A DNA stretch of 27,703 bases from Chlamydiota bacterium (GCA_037133055.1 JBAXOY010000030.1:1-27703), one strand, 5' to 3'. Counted from the stretch's first letter, positions 8,543 to 18,633 are shown. Translations and numbers: made by a program. The notes: generated by a model not told the origin, from the letters alone.

Positions 8543-9109
8543 ATGGAAATCGTCTTGAGCGTCTGTCTCGGGATAAGTCTGGCCGCCGCGTGCGGGTTCA
8601 GGATATTCGTCCCCCTGCTCGCGATGAGCATCGCCTCGCGCACGGGGCACCTCGCGCTTGGACCCGGGTTCGAGTGGATCGGCAGCGTTCCCGCCCTGGT
8701 GGCGTTCGCGGTGGCGACGGGGGCCGAGCTCATCGCCTATTTCGTGCCGTGGCTCGACAATCTTCTCGACACGGTCGCGACCCCGGCCGCCGTGATCGCG
8801 GGCATCGTCGTGATGGCCTCGTGCGTCTCGGGGACAAGCCCGCTTCTCAGGTGGGCGCTCGCCATCGTGGCGGGCGGGGGAGCGGCCGGGATCGTGCAGG
8901 GGATGACCGTCGTCGCGCGCGGCGCCTCGACCGCGACCACCGGGGGACTCGGCAACCCCGTGGTCTCGACCGTGGAGGCGGGCGGATCCGTCCTCGTCTC
9001 CGTGCTCGCCATCGCCCTGCCGGTGCTCGCGGGGATCGCCGTGATCCTCCTGCTCGTGCTTGCAGTCAGGAAGATCGTGGGAAGGTTCCGTGGCGCGCAC
9101 GCGGTGTGA
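8543..9109 (+). CDS. DUF4126 family membrane protein
   Basis: GISLAAACGFRIFVPLL, PWLDNLLD and TTGGLGNPVVSTVE motifs; GGAGG upstream. Confidence 0.9.
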   Translation: MEIVLSVCLGISLAAACGFRIFVPLLAMSIASRTGHLALGPGFEWIGSVPALVAFAVATGAELIAYFVPWLDNLLDTVATPAAVIAGIVVMASCVSGTSPLLRWALAIVAGGGAAGIVQGMTVVARGASTATTGGLGNPVVSTVEAGGSVLVSVLAIALPVLAGIAVILLLVLAVRKIVGRFRGAHAV

Positions 9110-9148
9110 TATTGGTTTCATAAAAGTAGACATTCATAAAATTAGACC

Positions 9149-9177
9149 TTGCCATGTTGTAGGGTATAAGCTACACT
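9149..9177 (+). promoter_or_regulatory. Sigma70-type promoter with overlapping palindromic operator for the TA operon
   Basis: TTGCCA (9149-9154), 17-bp spacer, TACACT (9172-9177). Palindrome TGTAG-ggTATAag-CTACA at 9158-9175. Confidence 0.7.
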
Positions 9178-9183
9178 TATTCG

Positions 9184-9519
9184 ATGGAAGTTATCCCCCA
9201 TCAACTACTGGAATATCTTACGCCACACGGCGAGAACCCGTTCAGGAAATGGCTGCATTCCCTGCGCGATGGCAAAACGCGAGCCGTGATCCGGGTCAGA
9301 TTGAACAGGGTCAGAGGGGGTAACTTCGGTGATTGTGAACCCATCGGAGATGGAGTCTACGAACTGCGGATTCACCATGGCCCGGGGTATCGGATCTACT
9401 ACGGCAGGATCGGGAGCACGATAGTGTTGCTTCTTTGCGGAGGAGAAAAAGGATCGCAAAAAAGCGACATCCGCCAGGCGAAGATGTTCTGGCGGGGTTA
9501 TCAGGAGAGGACACGATGA
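9184..9519 (+). CDS. Type II toxin, RelE/ParE/HigB superfamily (addiction module killer protein)
   Basis: PFRKWLHSLRD, GNFGDCEPIGDGVYELRIHHGPGYRIYY and LLLCGGEKGSQKSDI motifs. Confidence 0.93.
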   Translation: MEVIPHQLLEYLTPHGENPFRKWLHSLRDGKTRAVIRVRLNRVRGGNFGDCEPIGDGVYELRIHHGPGYRIYYGRIGSTIVLLLCGGEKGSQKSDIRQAKMFWRGYQERTR

Positions 9520-9812
9520 AAAGGACGTCGGTCAAATATGAAGAAGGATTGAGAAAAGATCTCGCTGACGCGAAAGAGGCGGCAGCATATCTCAACGCCG
9601 CTCTTGAAGACGGGTCTCAAGAGGTGTTTCTCATGGCGCTCCGCGATGTCGCCGAGGCACGAGGTATCGCAAAAGTGGCACGAGAGTCCTTGCTTAATCG
9701 GGAAAATATCTATCGAATACTCTCGGCGCAGGGCAATCCCCAGTTCACGAGCCTGAAAGCCCTTCTTGACACATTGGGATTGAAACTGGCGATTGCAGTG
9801 TCCCAGACGTAA
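9516..9812 (+). CDS. Addiction module antidote protein (HTH antitoxin)
   Basis: ATGA overlap with toxin and AGGAG upstream. Motifs AAYLNAALE, FLMALRDVAEARG and RENIYRILSAQGNP. Confidence 0.92.
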   Translation: MKRTSVKYEEGLRKDLADAKEAAAYLNAALEDGSQEVFLMALRDVAEARGIAKVARESLLNRENIYRILSAQGNPQFTSLKALLDTLGLKLAIAVSQT

Positions 9813-9995
9813 TAGATAACTCATACCACGCGAAGCACGCACATCTCAAATATTCTGTTGTCCTAGCGACCAGATGATGAGACCGTGAAAATGGAGAAAA
9901 TGGGTAACGCTCTGAAGATGAGGTTCTCGAAGGGAACCGAAAGGAGTGTTACCGATGAAAACGCCGACTGACGATAACGTCACTGTTCGCGAAAG

Positions 9996-12900
9996 TCACT
10001 GCCTGAGCTGCTTTTTGAGGAACCGGGCGGTGTGGGAGCGGGGGCTCGCGGCGAGGAAGCGGTCGAACGGCCCCTGGAAGACCACCCGCCCCCCCTTCGG
10101 CCCGCCCTCGGGCCCGAGGTCGATGACCCAGTCGGCCTCCTTGATCACGTCCGGGTTGTGCTCGATCACCACCACCGTGTTTCCCGCGTCCACGAGCCTC
10201 TGGAGGACCGCGAGCAGCTTCTGGATGTCCGCCATGTGGAGGCCGATCGTCGGCTCGTCGAGGATGTAGAGCGTGTTTCCCCGCGGCGGCGCGGCGAGCT
10301 CGCAGGCGATTTTCACCCGCTGCGATTCCCCCCCCGACAGCATCGTGCTCGGCTGGCCCAGCGTGAGGTAGCCGAGGCCTATCTCCTCCATCACGGCGAG
10401 CGGCCCGCGCACCTTCGGAAACGGCTCGAAGAACTCCGCCGCCTCCTCGATGGTCATGGCGAGAATGTCGGCGATGGTCCTTCCCCGGTACGTTACCTCG
10501 AGCGTGCTCTCGGAATACCGTTTCCCGCCGCACGTCTCGCAGTGCACGTGGACATCGGGCAGGAAACTCATCTCGACCTTTATCCTCCCGGCGCCTTTGC
10601 ACTCCGGGCATTGTCCCTGTGCGCGATTAAAGCTGAACCGCTCCTTCCCGTAGCCGCGGATGCGCGCCTCCGGGGAAAGCGCGAAGATCGAGCGTATCTC
10701 CTCCCAGAATCCCACGTAGGTCGCCGCGGTCGAGCGCGGGGTGCGGCCGATGGGGGATGGGTCCACCTCCATGACCCTGTCGAACAGCTCCGCCCCGGCG
10801 AGCCCGGCGTGGGCCCCGATCCTCCCCTGCGCGACGCCGAGCGCCTTCCTCACCGCGGGAAGGAGCGTGTCGAAGACGAGCGAGCTCTTTCCCGCGCCCG
10901 AGACCCCCGTGACGCAGGTGAACGCCCCCGCGGGGAACCGCGCGGTGATGCCCCGGAGATTGTGGTGCGTGACGCCGCCGAGGACGAGCGCCCGCTTCCC
11001 GGAGACACGGCGCTTCGGATGGTGCGGCCTTTTTCGCGCGGGGTCGGCGAGCCACTGCGCGGTAAGCGAACCGGGGGCGCGGCGGATGCGGTCGAGCCCG
11101 CCCTCCGCGACGACCTCCCCGCCTCGGGAGCCGCCGCCCGGCCCCAGGTCGATGATATGGTCGGCGCTCCGGATCGTCTCCTCGTCGTGCTCCACCACGA
11201 GCACCGTGTTCCCTGCGTCGCGAAGCTTCCTGAACGCGTTGATGAGGAGGGCGTTGTCGCGGGGGTGGATCCCTATGGTGGGCTCGTCGAGGACGTAGCA
11301 GGCGCCGCGCAGACGCGAGCCGAGCTGCGCCGCGAGGCGGAGCCGCTGCGCCTCCCCCCCCGAGAGGGTGTCGGCCCTGCGGCCGAGGGCGAGATAGGGG
11401 AGTCCCACCTCCCGGATGAAGCCGAGGCGGTTCACGATCTCCTTGACGATCTCGTCGCCGAGCTCCGCGTCCCCGCCCACGACGCGAAGCGCGTGGGTCC
11501 CCCGTCCCTGGAGCCGGCGGGCAGGTCTTCCCGCGCTCCGCATCCGGGAGAAAACCCCGAGGGCTTCATTCACGTCCATGCCGTGGTAGTCGGCGATCGA
11601 GCGGCCCGCGACGCGCACCGCGAGCCACTCGGGTTTGAGCCGTTTCCCTCCGCACGCCCCGCAGACGAACTCCTCCCTGAACCGCGCGAGATAATTCCTC
11701 AGCGCCTCGTTGTCGCTTTCGGCGAGCATCCGGTCGAGGTGCGGGATCACGCCCTCGAAGATCCCTTTCTGCCCGTGGAGCAGGCGGCGCCTCTGTGCGC
11801 GGGTGAAGGTTCGGAACGGCGCGTCCCGTGGAATCCCCATGCGCTTCGCGAATTCCCCGAGGCGCGCCCGGGACTTCCCCCTGAAGACGCCTCCCTCGTG
11901 GACGGCGAGCGCGCCCCCGGCGAGCGATTTTCCCTCGTCGGGCACGAGAAGCGCCTCGCAGAAGAGTTCGCGGAAGCCCATCCCCTCGCACTCCGGGCAG
12001 GCGCCGCGGCGGCTGTTGAAGGAGAAAAACCTCGGGTCGAGCTCGTCGAACCCTTTTCCGCACCGCGCGCAGGATCGGGCGCTCGAGAAGACGGCCTCGC
12101 GCATGCCCCGCGAGAGCAGGGAGAATGTCCCCGCTCCCGCCTCAATCGCCGCATCGATCATTTTTCTGAACTCCGCGGCGCCCCGCCCGCCGACCTTCAT
12201 CGCGCCGATGACGAGATCGATGTCGTGCTCCCGGTATCGGTCGAGCGAGGCGGGCGGGGGCGACGCCGAGCGGTAGCGGTGCACCGTCCCGTCGATCCGC
12301 AGCCCCGGGTGCCGCTTCTTCTCCATCGCCGCGATCAGTTCCCGGTAGATGCCCTTCCTGCCCCGCACGAGCGGCGCGAGGAAGGTGACGCCGCGCCCGC
12401 GGTAGCGCGCGGCGACGGCCGCCGCGATCATCTCGGGGCTGCGGGGCTCGATCGCGACGCCGCATCCCGGGCAGTGCTGGACGCCCGTCTTCGCGAAGAG
12501 GAGGCGGAGGTAATGGTACACCTCGGTCATGGTGGCGACGGTCGAGCGCGCGCCGCCCCGCGCGACGCGCTGTTCGACCGCGATCGTGGGCGGGAGCCCC
12601 TCGATCGAGTCCGCGTCCGGCCTGGCGGCGGGGGTGACGTACTGCCGCACGTAGGCGGAGAGACTTTCGAGGTAGAGGCGCTGCCCCTCCGCGAAGACGA
12701 CATCGAAGGCGAGGGTGGATTTGCCGGAGCCGCTCGGGCCGGTGAGGACGACGAACCGGTCCCGCGGGATGGCGACCCGTATGTTTTTGAGGTTGTGCTC
12801 ACGGGCGCCCGTGACCGTGATTGCCGGGGGGGCGGGCTTCGCGGCCGCATGGAACGAGGCCGGCTGTTCGCGGCAGGCCGGGGCCTCGCCGCGGAGGCAC

Positions 12901-15665
12901 GCCGCGAGGAAGGGCGCGGTCCGGGATTCGGTGCGTGCCGCCACCTCCTCCGGGGTCCCGCGTGCCACGACCTGCCCGCCTCCCTCGCCTCCCTCGGGGC
13001 CGAGGTCGATCACGTAGTCCGCGCACTTGACGAGCTCCATGTTGTGCTCGACGATGAGGAGACTGTTGCCCCTGAGGACGAGGTTCTGGAGCGCTTCGAC
13101 GAGGAGCCGTATGTCGTCGTAGTGCAGCCCCGTCGTCGGCTCGTCGAAAATGAAGAGCACGTCGCCTTTCGCGCCCTCCGCCATGTGGCGGGCGAGCTTC
13201 AGTCGCTGTGCCTCCCCGCCCGAGAGGGTGCTGAGCGGCTGCCCGAGCGCGAGGTAGCCGAGTCCGACCGCCGCGAGCGGATCGAGGCAGGCGGCGATCC
13301 CCGGGGTGTCCGCGAAGAACCCACGCGCCTCGCCGACGGTCATCGCGAGCACCTCGACGACCGACTTCCCGCGGAGGCGGATGCCGCGCGCCTCCGGCCC
13401 GAAACGGCTCCCGCCGCACTCGGGGCAGCGCACGAAGGCGTCGGCGAGAAACTGCATCTCCACCTTCTCGAACCCCTCGCCCGCGCACTGGGCGCAGCGC
13501 CCGCCGGGGACATTGAATGAGAACCACGAGGGGGAAAGACCCCGGGCGCGGGCGGGGGGAGTGGACGCGAAGAGCCCGCGGATCGGCCCCCACGCCCCCA
13601 TCCACGTCGCGGTGTTCGCGCGCGGCGACCGGACCACCGCCGACTGGTCGACCAGGATCACGTCGGAGATGTGGTGGAGAACGCGGATTCCGACGCAGCG
13701 GCCGGGCTCTCCGGCGGCCCCGCCGAGGACGCGGCGGAGCCCCTTGTAAAGAACCTCCTCGACGAGGCTGCTCTTCCCCGAACCGGAGACCCCCGTCACG
13801 CACACCATCATCCCGAGGGGGATGTCGACGTCGATCTTTTTGAGGTTGTGCGCGGCCGCCTTTTCGATCCTGACGACGCGCTGCGGATCGAAGGGGCGGC
13901 GCCCGGAGGGGATTTCTATCCGCGCCGCGCCCGAGAGGTAGCGCCCGGTGAGGGACCGCGGGTCCGCGAGGAGACCGTCGAAGCCGCCCCGGTAGACGAT
14001 CTCCCCGCCACGCCCTCCCGCGCCCGGGCCCATGTCAAGGACGTGGTCCGCGCCGCGGATGATCTCCGGATCGTGCTCGACGACGACCGCGGTGTTCCGG
14101 CGCTCCGTGAGGCCGCGGAGGATCGCGAGGAGGCGGCGCGAGTCCCTCGGATGGAGCCCCACCGAGGGCTCGTCGAGGACGTAGAGCGCGTTCACCAGGC
14201 GGGAACCGAGGGCGGAGGTGAGATTTACCCGCTGGGTTTCGCCCGCCGAGAGCGTGCGCGACTGGCGGCCGAGCGTGAGGTAGTCGAGGCCGACGTCCGC
14301 GAGGTACCGGAGGCGGCTCAGGATCTCCTCCCGGAGAAGGGCGGAGGCCTTGTCCTTTTCATCAGGGATGCCGAGCGACGTGAAGAAGCCGCAGGCGTTG
14401 CCGACGGGAAGGTCCCAGATGTCGGCGATCGTGAGCCCGTTCACGCGGTGGAGAAGCCCCTCCTCCCGGAGTCGCTTCCCCCCGCACGCGGGGCAGGGGG
14501 AGTAGGCGCGGTAGCGGGAAAGGAGGACCCTGACGTGCAGCCGGTAGGTCCTGCCCTCGAGCCATTCGAAAAAACCCCTGATGCCGTAGTAGTCACCCTC
14601 CCCATCGAAAATGAGTTTCCGGTGCTCCGGGGAGAGCCGATCGAACGGGATATCCGCCGGGATGCCGCGACGGGCGCAGAAGGCGAGGGTATTGCGGTAC
14701 CCCTCGCGGTAGGAAGGGGAGTTGAACGGCTTGAGCGCTCCGTCCCGGATGGATTTCTTCGGATCGGGGATCACCGCGTCGAGGTCGACGCCGATGGTCC
14801 GGCCGAAGCCGCGGCACGCGGGGCATGCGCCGAGCGGGCTGTTGAAGGAGAACAGGTGCGGGGCGGGATCGGCGTAGGAGATGTCGCACTCCGCGCAGTG
14901 GAGGGCGCGGGAGAATTTCCTCGCCGCTCCCCCGGGGCCGAAGACCGTCATTTTCCCCGACCCGTGGTGGAGCGCCTGCTCGATCGAGCCGGTGAGGCGG
15001 GGGCGGGCTCGGGGGACGAGCGTCAGTCGGTCCGCGACGACCTGAATCTCCCCGCCCGGCGGTTCGGGGCCAGTCCCGGCGCCGATCTCCACGACCGCGC
15101 CGTCCGCGTAGCGCCTGACGAACCCGAGCTTCGCGAGTTCCTCCGCCACCGCGCGGGCGCTCTTTTCGGTGACCCGGAGGGGGAAGCAGACGCACGCCTC
15201 CTGCCCGGGCCACGCGGCGTAAAGCTCGCGGGCGATGAGCTCGGGCGTTTCGCGCCGCACCGGCCTGCCGCAGGCGCGGCAGTGGAGGAGCCCGATCCTC
15301 GGGAAGAGGAGTTTCAAATAGTCGTTGATCTCGGTCATCGTCCCGACGGTCGAGCGGGAGCTCTTCACCCGCGCGGCGCGGTCGATGGCGATCGCCGGGG
15401 GGATCCCGTCGATCAGGTCCGCCTTCGGCTTGTCCATCCGGTCGAGGAACTGGCGGGCGTAGGCGGAGAAGCTCTCGACGTAGCGGCGCTGCCCCTCGGC
15501 GTAGAGGGTATCGAAGGCGAGGGACGACTTGCCCGAGCCGCTCACCCCGGTGACGACGGTGAGCGTGTCGAGAGGCAGGTCGAACGAGATGTTCTTGAGG
15601 TTATGCTGGCGTGCGCCGCGAACACGGACGCACCCGCGAGGAGCGGAACTCCTGTCACCAGTCAT
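9996..15665 (-). CDS. uvrA: Excinuclease ABC subunit A, double-length form (two tandem UvrA units, 1889 aa)
   Basis: Four Walker A motifs (GVSGSGKSS twice, [18 protein letters not shown]), four ABC signatures with DEP Walker B, repeated HNLK, FSFN and CxxC zinc motifs. Confidence 0.96.
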   Translation of the reverse strand: MTGDRSSAPRGCVRVRGARQHNLKNISFDLPLDTLTVVTGVSGSGKSSLAFDTLYAEGQRRYVESFSAYARQFLDRMDKPKADLIDGIPPAIAIDRAARVKSSRSTVGTMTEINDYLKLLFPRIGLLHCRACGRPVRRETPELIARELYAAWPGQEACVCFPLRVTEKSARAVAEELAKLGFVRRYADGAVVEIGAGTGPEPPGGEIQVVADRLTLVPRARPRLTGSIEQALHHGSGKMTVFGPGGAARKFSRALHCAECDISYADPAPHLFSFNSPLGACPACRGFGRTIGVDLDAVIPDPKKSIRDGALKPFNSPSYREGYRNTLAFCARRGIPADIPFDRLSPEHRKLIFDGEGDYYGIRGFFEWLEGRTYRLHVRVLLSRYRAYSPCPACGGKRLREEGLLHRVNGLTIADIWDLPVGNACGFFTSLGIPDEKDKASALLREEILSRLRYLADVGLDYLTLGRQSRTLSAGETQRVNLTSALGSRLVNALYVLDEPSVGLHPRDSRRLLAILRGLTERRNTAVVVEHDPEIIRGADHVLDMGPGAGGRGGEIVYRGGFDGLLADPRSLTGRYLSGAARIEIPSGRRPFDPQRVVRIEKAAAHNLKKIDVDIPLGMMVCVTGVSGSGKSSLVEEVLYKGLRRVLGGAAGEPGRCVGIRVLHHISDVILVDQSAVVRSPRANTATWMGAWGPIRGLFASTPPARARGLSPSWFSFNVPGGRCAQCAGEGFEKVEMQFLADAFVRCPECGGSRFGPEARGIRLRGKSVVEVLAMTVGEARGFFADTPGIAACLDPLAAVGLGYLALGQPLSTLSGGEAQRLKLARHMAEGAKGDVLFIFDEPTTGLHYDDIRLLVEALQNLVLRGNSLLIVEHNMELVKCADYVIDLGPEGGEGGGQVVARGTPEEVAARTESRTAPFLAACLRGEAPACREQPASFHAAAKPAPPAITVTGAREHNLKNIRVAIPRDRFVVLTGPSGSGKSTLAFDVVFAEGQRLYLESLSAYVRQYVTPAARPDADSIEGLPPTIAVEQRVARGGARSTVATMTEVYHYLRLLFAKTGVQHCPGCGVAIEPRSPEMIAAAVAARYRGRGVTFLAPLVRGRKGIYRELIAAMEKKRHPGLRIDGTVHRYRSASPPPASLDRYREHDIDLVIGAMKVGGRGAAEFRKMIDAAIEAGAGTFSLLSRGMREAVFSSARSCARCGKGFDELDPRFFSFNSRRGACPECEGMGFRELFCEALLVPDEGKSLAGGALAVHEGGVFRGKSRARLGEFAKRMGIPRDAPFRTFTRAQRRRLLHGQKGIFEGVIPHLDRMLAESDNEALRNYLARFREEFVCGACGGKRLKPEWLAVRVAGRSIADYHGMDVNEALGVFSRMRSAGRPARRLQGRGTHALRVVGGDAELGDEIVKEIVNRLGFIREVGLPYLALGRRADTLSGGEAQRLRLAAQLGSRLRGACYVLDEPTIGIHPRDNALLINAFRKLRDAGNTVLVVEHDEETIRSADHIIDLGPGGGSRGGEVVAEGGLDRIRRAPGSLTAQWLADPARKRPHHPKRRVSGKRALVLGGVTHHNLRGITARFPAGAFTCVTGVSGAGKSSLVFDTLLPAVRKALGVAQGRIGAHAGLAGAELFDRVMEVDPSPIGRTPRSTAATYVGFWEEIRSIFALSPEARIRGYGKERFSFNRAQGQCPECKGAGRIKVEMSFLPDVHVHCETCGGKRYSESTLEVTYRGRTIADILAMTIEEAAEFFEPFPKVRGPLAVMEEIGLGYLTLGQPSTMLSGGESQRVKIACELAAPPRGNTLYILDEPTIGLHMADIQKLLAVLQRLVDAGNTVVVIEHNPDVIKEADWVIDLGPEGGPKGGRVVFQGPFDRFLAASPRSHTARFLKKQLRQ
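11472..11525 (-). repeat. 54-nt palindromic element inserted in frame in uvrA
   Basis: Minus strand CCTGCCCGCC...CCCACGCGCTTCGCGTCGTGGGCGGG, exactly 18 codons ([18 protein letters not shown]). Same termini as the element at 6053. Confidence 0.78.
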
Positions 15666-15695
15666 GATCTGACCCTGAGCGCGCGGGAGGGATGG

Positions 15696-16859
15696 TCACC
15701 GCATTGACCCGGCCCCGGCCGAGTAACGGTACTCCCCCCGAACACGGAGTATGAGCGGGATCGCCGCGAGGCTGCATGCGCCGGCGGCGAGGTACGCCGC
15801 GGGGTAGCCGCATGCCCCGCCCATCCATCCGAAGAGGAGTGCCCCCGCGGACTGCGCGCCGACCATCACCACGAACATCGATCCGCTGGTCCCGCCGAGG
15901 CGCTCGCGGGGAAACAGGCGGGCGATCCCGACGTAGGAAAAGACGGTGAAGGCGGCGTCCCCCGCCTCGTGGACGAGCCGGAAGAAGAACGCGGCGGCGG
16001 GGTTTTTCATCGCCCCGAAGAGGATGAGCCCCGTGCCGGAAAGCGCGATCGCGGTGAGGGCGAGGCGCGCGCTCGATGCGCCTCGGTCACGCCGCCAGCC
16101 GAAGTAATAGCTGCAGCAGCCGAGGAAGACGATCGGGACCCCCATGAAAATCCCCGCCGCGGCCGTGCCGAGCCCGAGATCGGCCTTCAGAAATGGCGCG
16201 TAGCAGGTGATCTCGGCGCCCCAGTGCAGGCAGAAGAGAATGAGGGCGGCCACGAAGAGGAGCACCCTCCTCGATGCGAGGTCGCGCGCGTAGCGGGCGA
16301 GGGGCTCGACGCTCACGGGGGTGGGGCGGAGGAGAAGGGCGCAAACCATCAGGGCGAGGGAGAGGGCTGCGGAGGAGAGGAATACGGCCCTGAAGTCCAG
16401 CCTCGCGAGCAGCAGGCTCCCCGCGATGATCCCGAGCCCCATGGCGAACTGCGGGAGGAAGGTGTAGAGTCCGATTTCCCTCCCCTGCCGTCCGGCATCG
16501 TGCGATTTGAAGAAAAGGGCGTTCATGGTCACGCGCACGATGTTGTTGCCAAGCCCCCCGACGACAAACAGCGCGAGCAGGGCCGGAAATCCGCGAAACG
16601 CCGCCAGCCCGAGGTAGAAGACGCACGTGAGGGCAAGGCCGAAGAGCGTGTTCCCCCTGGCGCCGAAACGGTCCTCGATGAGACCGATCAGGAACGACCC
16701 GAGGAGCGCCGTTGCGGTGTAGATCATGAGCAGGAGGCCGATTCGGCTCCCGCGCATCCCCAGCCCCATAAGGTAGATCGAGTAGAGGAAATAGGTGAAG
16801 TAGGTGTAGCAGGTATAGAAGCTGATGATGAAGTAGTTGAGGAACCTGTTCCTGTTCAT
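15696..16859 (-). CDS. MFS transporter
   Basis: Probable start MNRNRF at 16859; about 12 hydrophobic segments; motif-A-like GLIEDRFGAR. Confidence 0.85.
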   Translation of the reverse strand: MNRNRFLNYFIISFYTCYTYFTYFLYSIYLMGLGMRGSRIGLLLMIYTATALLGSFLIGLIEDRFGARGNTLFGLALTCVFYLGLAAFRGFPALLALFVVGGLGNNIVRVTMNALFFKSHDAGRQGREIGLYTFLPQFAMGLGIIAGSLLLARLDFRAVFLSSAALSLALMVCALLLRPTPVSVEPLARYARDLASRRVLLFVAALILFCLHWGAEITCYAPFLKADLGLGTAAAGIFMGVPIVFLGCCSYYFGWRRDRGASSARLALTAIALSGTGLILFGAMKNPAAAFFFRLVHEAGDAAFTVFSYVGIARLFPRERLGGTSGSMFVVMVGAQSAGALLFGWMGGACGYPAAYLAAGACSLAAIPLILRVRGEYRYSAGAGSMR

Positions 16860-16866
16860 GGAGAAA

Positions 16867-16927
16867 CCTGTCCGAGTAATGGATCTCGCAGCCAAGACTT
16901 CGCGCCGTCGCCCATTACTCGGACAGG
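16867..16927. repeat. 61-bp element with perfect 16-bp terminal inverted repeats (MITE-like or stable hairpin)
   Basis: CCTGTCCGAGTAATGG (16867-16882) and CCATTACTCGGACAGG (16912-16927) around a 29-nt spacer. Confidence 0.8.
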
Positions 16928-18633
16928 CTCCCAGAGGGCCTGAAATCCTTGAGGATGAGCTCCATGCGCGCGATGCCGTTCCACTCCCCCCGCCGGGGAA
17001 CGTAGGCGATATCGAGCGGTCCCCCGCCGGCAAGCTCGGGAAGACGGTACGCCATGTTCCACCCCACGCACTCGAAGGGGCCGGCATTCCCGGCGGGCGG
17101 GAGGAGATGAAATTTGAGATGGGAGCTGCGGCTGCCCATCAGGCGGGGCTTCCCGGCGATTCTCAGTCCCCGCGAGGCGAAGACCGGCCGCGGGTTTCCC
17201 GCCCCGAACGGCTCGAGCCTCCCCAGGAGCCCGAGGAGATCGGGGCCGACCCCCTCGATCGGGAGCACGAAGTCAATGGAGACCGCGGGGATGAGATCCT
17301 CTTCGGAGAGGAGCTCCTCTGCCGCCGCGGTGAACCGCGCCCGGAACGGCTCGATGTTGCGGAGCGGGATGGTGAGGCCGGCGGCGTGCCGGTGTCCCCC
17401 GAACGAGGAGAAGAGGTCGCGGCAGAGCGAGAGGCCGCCGAAGAGATCGAAGCCGGGAATGCCGCGCGCGGAACCATGCCCGGTTTCCTCCCCGAGCGCG
17501 ATGACCACCGTCGGCCGGTAATAGCGCTCCATGATCCGGGCGGCGACGATGCCGATGACTCCGGGATGCCAGCCCGCCCCCGCCACGACGAGGACCTTCC
17601 CCTTCTCCATCGCCCCGCTCCGCTCCACCTGGGCGAGGGCCTCCTCGGTGATCTTCTTTTCGATCGCCTGGCGCTGCGCGTTCAGCCGGCTCAACTCGTG
17701 CGCGATCGGCCTGCACTTTCCGTAGTCGGACTCGAGGAGCAGCCCGGTCGCGTCGGCGGGCGTGCCGACGCGCCCCGCCGCGTTCAGGCGCGGGCCGAGC
17801 TGGAAGGCGAGGTGCCGCGCCCGCACCTCCCCGGGGTCGCAGTCGGCGGCGCGCGCGAGCGCCTCGATGCCGGGAAGCGGCGCCCGGTTCATCGCCTCGA
17901 GGCCGAGAATGGTGATGATGCGGTTCTCCTCGCGGAGGGGGGCGACGTCGGCGACGGTGCCGAGCGCCGCGAGCTGGAGGAGCTCCCCCCACGGGAGGCG
18001 AACGGGGACCGCCTCGACCAGGGCGCGGGCGAATTTGAGGACGACGCCCGCGGCGGCGAGCTCTTTGAACGGATAGAGGCAGCGCTCCTTCTTCGGGTTG
18101 ACGACCGCGGTCGCCGGCGGGAGATCGCCCTTCGGGATATGGTGGTCGATGACGATGACGTCCAGTCCCGCCCGGCGGGCTTCGGCGATCGGGCCCGCCG
18201 CCTCGGTACCGCAATCCAGGGTGATGATAAGCGAGGCGCCCTGCGCGATTGCCTCGCGCACGCCCCGCGCGTTGAACCCGTAGCCCTCTTTCCCTCGGTC
18301 CGGGTGGCAGAACGCGTAGCGGAGCCCGAGCGACTCCAGCACCCTGCCCATCGCGGCGGTGGAGGTGATCCCGTCCACATCGTAGTCGCCGAAGAGGAGC
18401 ACCGATTCCCCGCGCTCCTTCGCCCGGCGCAGGCGCATGGTCGCCTTCTCCATATCGTCCATGAGCAGGGGGTTGTGGAGGTCGGAGATCCGCGGGTCGA
18501 GAAACACCCGCGCGGCGGCCGCCGTGGCGATGCCCCTGCGGGCGAGGATTCCCGCGAGGGGGAGGGGGAGCGCGGCCTCCGCCGCGAGCCGCCCGACCTC
18601 CCCTTCGTCCGCTTCCCTGAGCTGCCAGCGCAT
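16915..18633 (-). CDS. recJ: Single-stranded-DNA-specific exonuclease RecJ
   Basis: GDYDVDG, EGYG, TLDCG, IDHH, LGTVADV, PRLNAAGR, GSARG and GGHRHAAG motifs; GGAGG upstream. Confidence 0.97.
   Translation of the reverse strand: MRWQLREADEGEVGRLAAEAALPLPLAGILARRGIATAAAARVFLDPRISDLHNPLLMDDMEKATMRLRRAKERGESVLLFGDYDVDGITSTAAMGRVLESLGLRYAFCHPDRGKEGYGFNARGVREAIAQGASLIITLDCGTEAAGPIAEARRAGLDVIVIDHHIPKGDLPPATAVVNPKKERCLYPFKELAAAGVVLKFARALVEAVPVRLPWGELLQLAALGTVADVAPLREENRIITILGLEAMNRAPLPGIEALARAADCDPGEVRARHLAFQLGPRLNAAGRVGTPADATGLLLESDYGKCRPIAHELSRLNAQRQAIEKKITEEALAQVERSGAMEKGKVLVVAGAGWHPGVIGIVAARIMERYYRPTVVIALGEETGHGSARGIPGFDLFGGLSLCRDLFSSFGGHRHAAGLTIPLRNIEPFRARFTAAAEELLSEEDLIPAVSIDFVLPIEGVGPDLLGLLGRLEPFGAGNPRPVFASRGLRIAGKPRLMGSRSSHLKFHLLPPAGNAGPFECVGWNMAYRLPELAGGGPLDIAYVPRRGEWNGIARMELILKDFRPSGSLSE

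Noticed and set aside
9880..9957. c-di-GMP riboswitch resemblance (GAAA-loop hairpin, GTTACCGATG)
   Set aside because: Core GCAAA-containing motifs are absent and no same-strand gene lies downstream.
12971..12980. CCTGCCCGCC match inside uvrA
   Set aside because: Falls in the conserved [12 protein letters not shown] motif, with no closing arm and no insertion.
10032..15707. Long plus-strand ORFs (1162 aa, 678 aa) opposite uvrA
   Set aside because: Antisense shadows of a clearly conserved gene.
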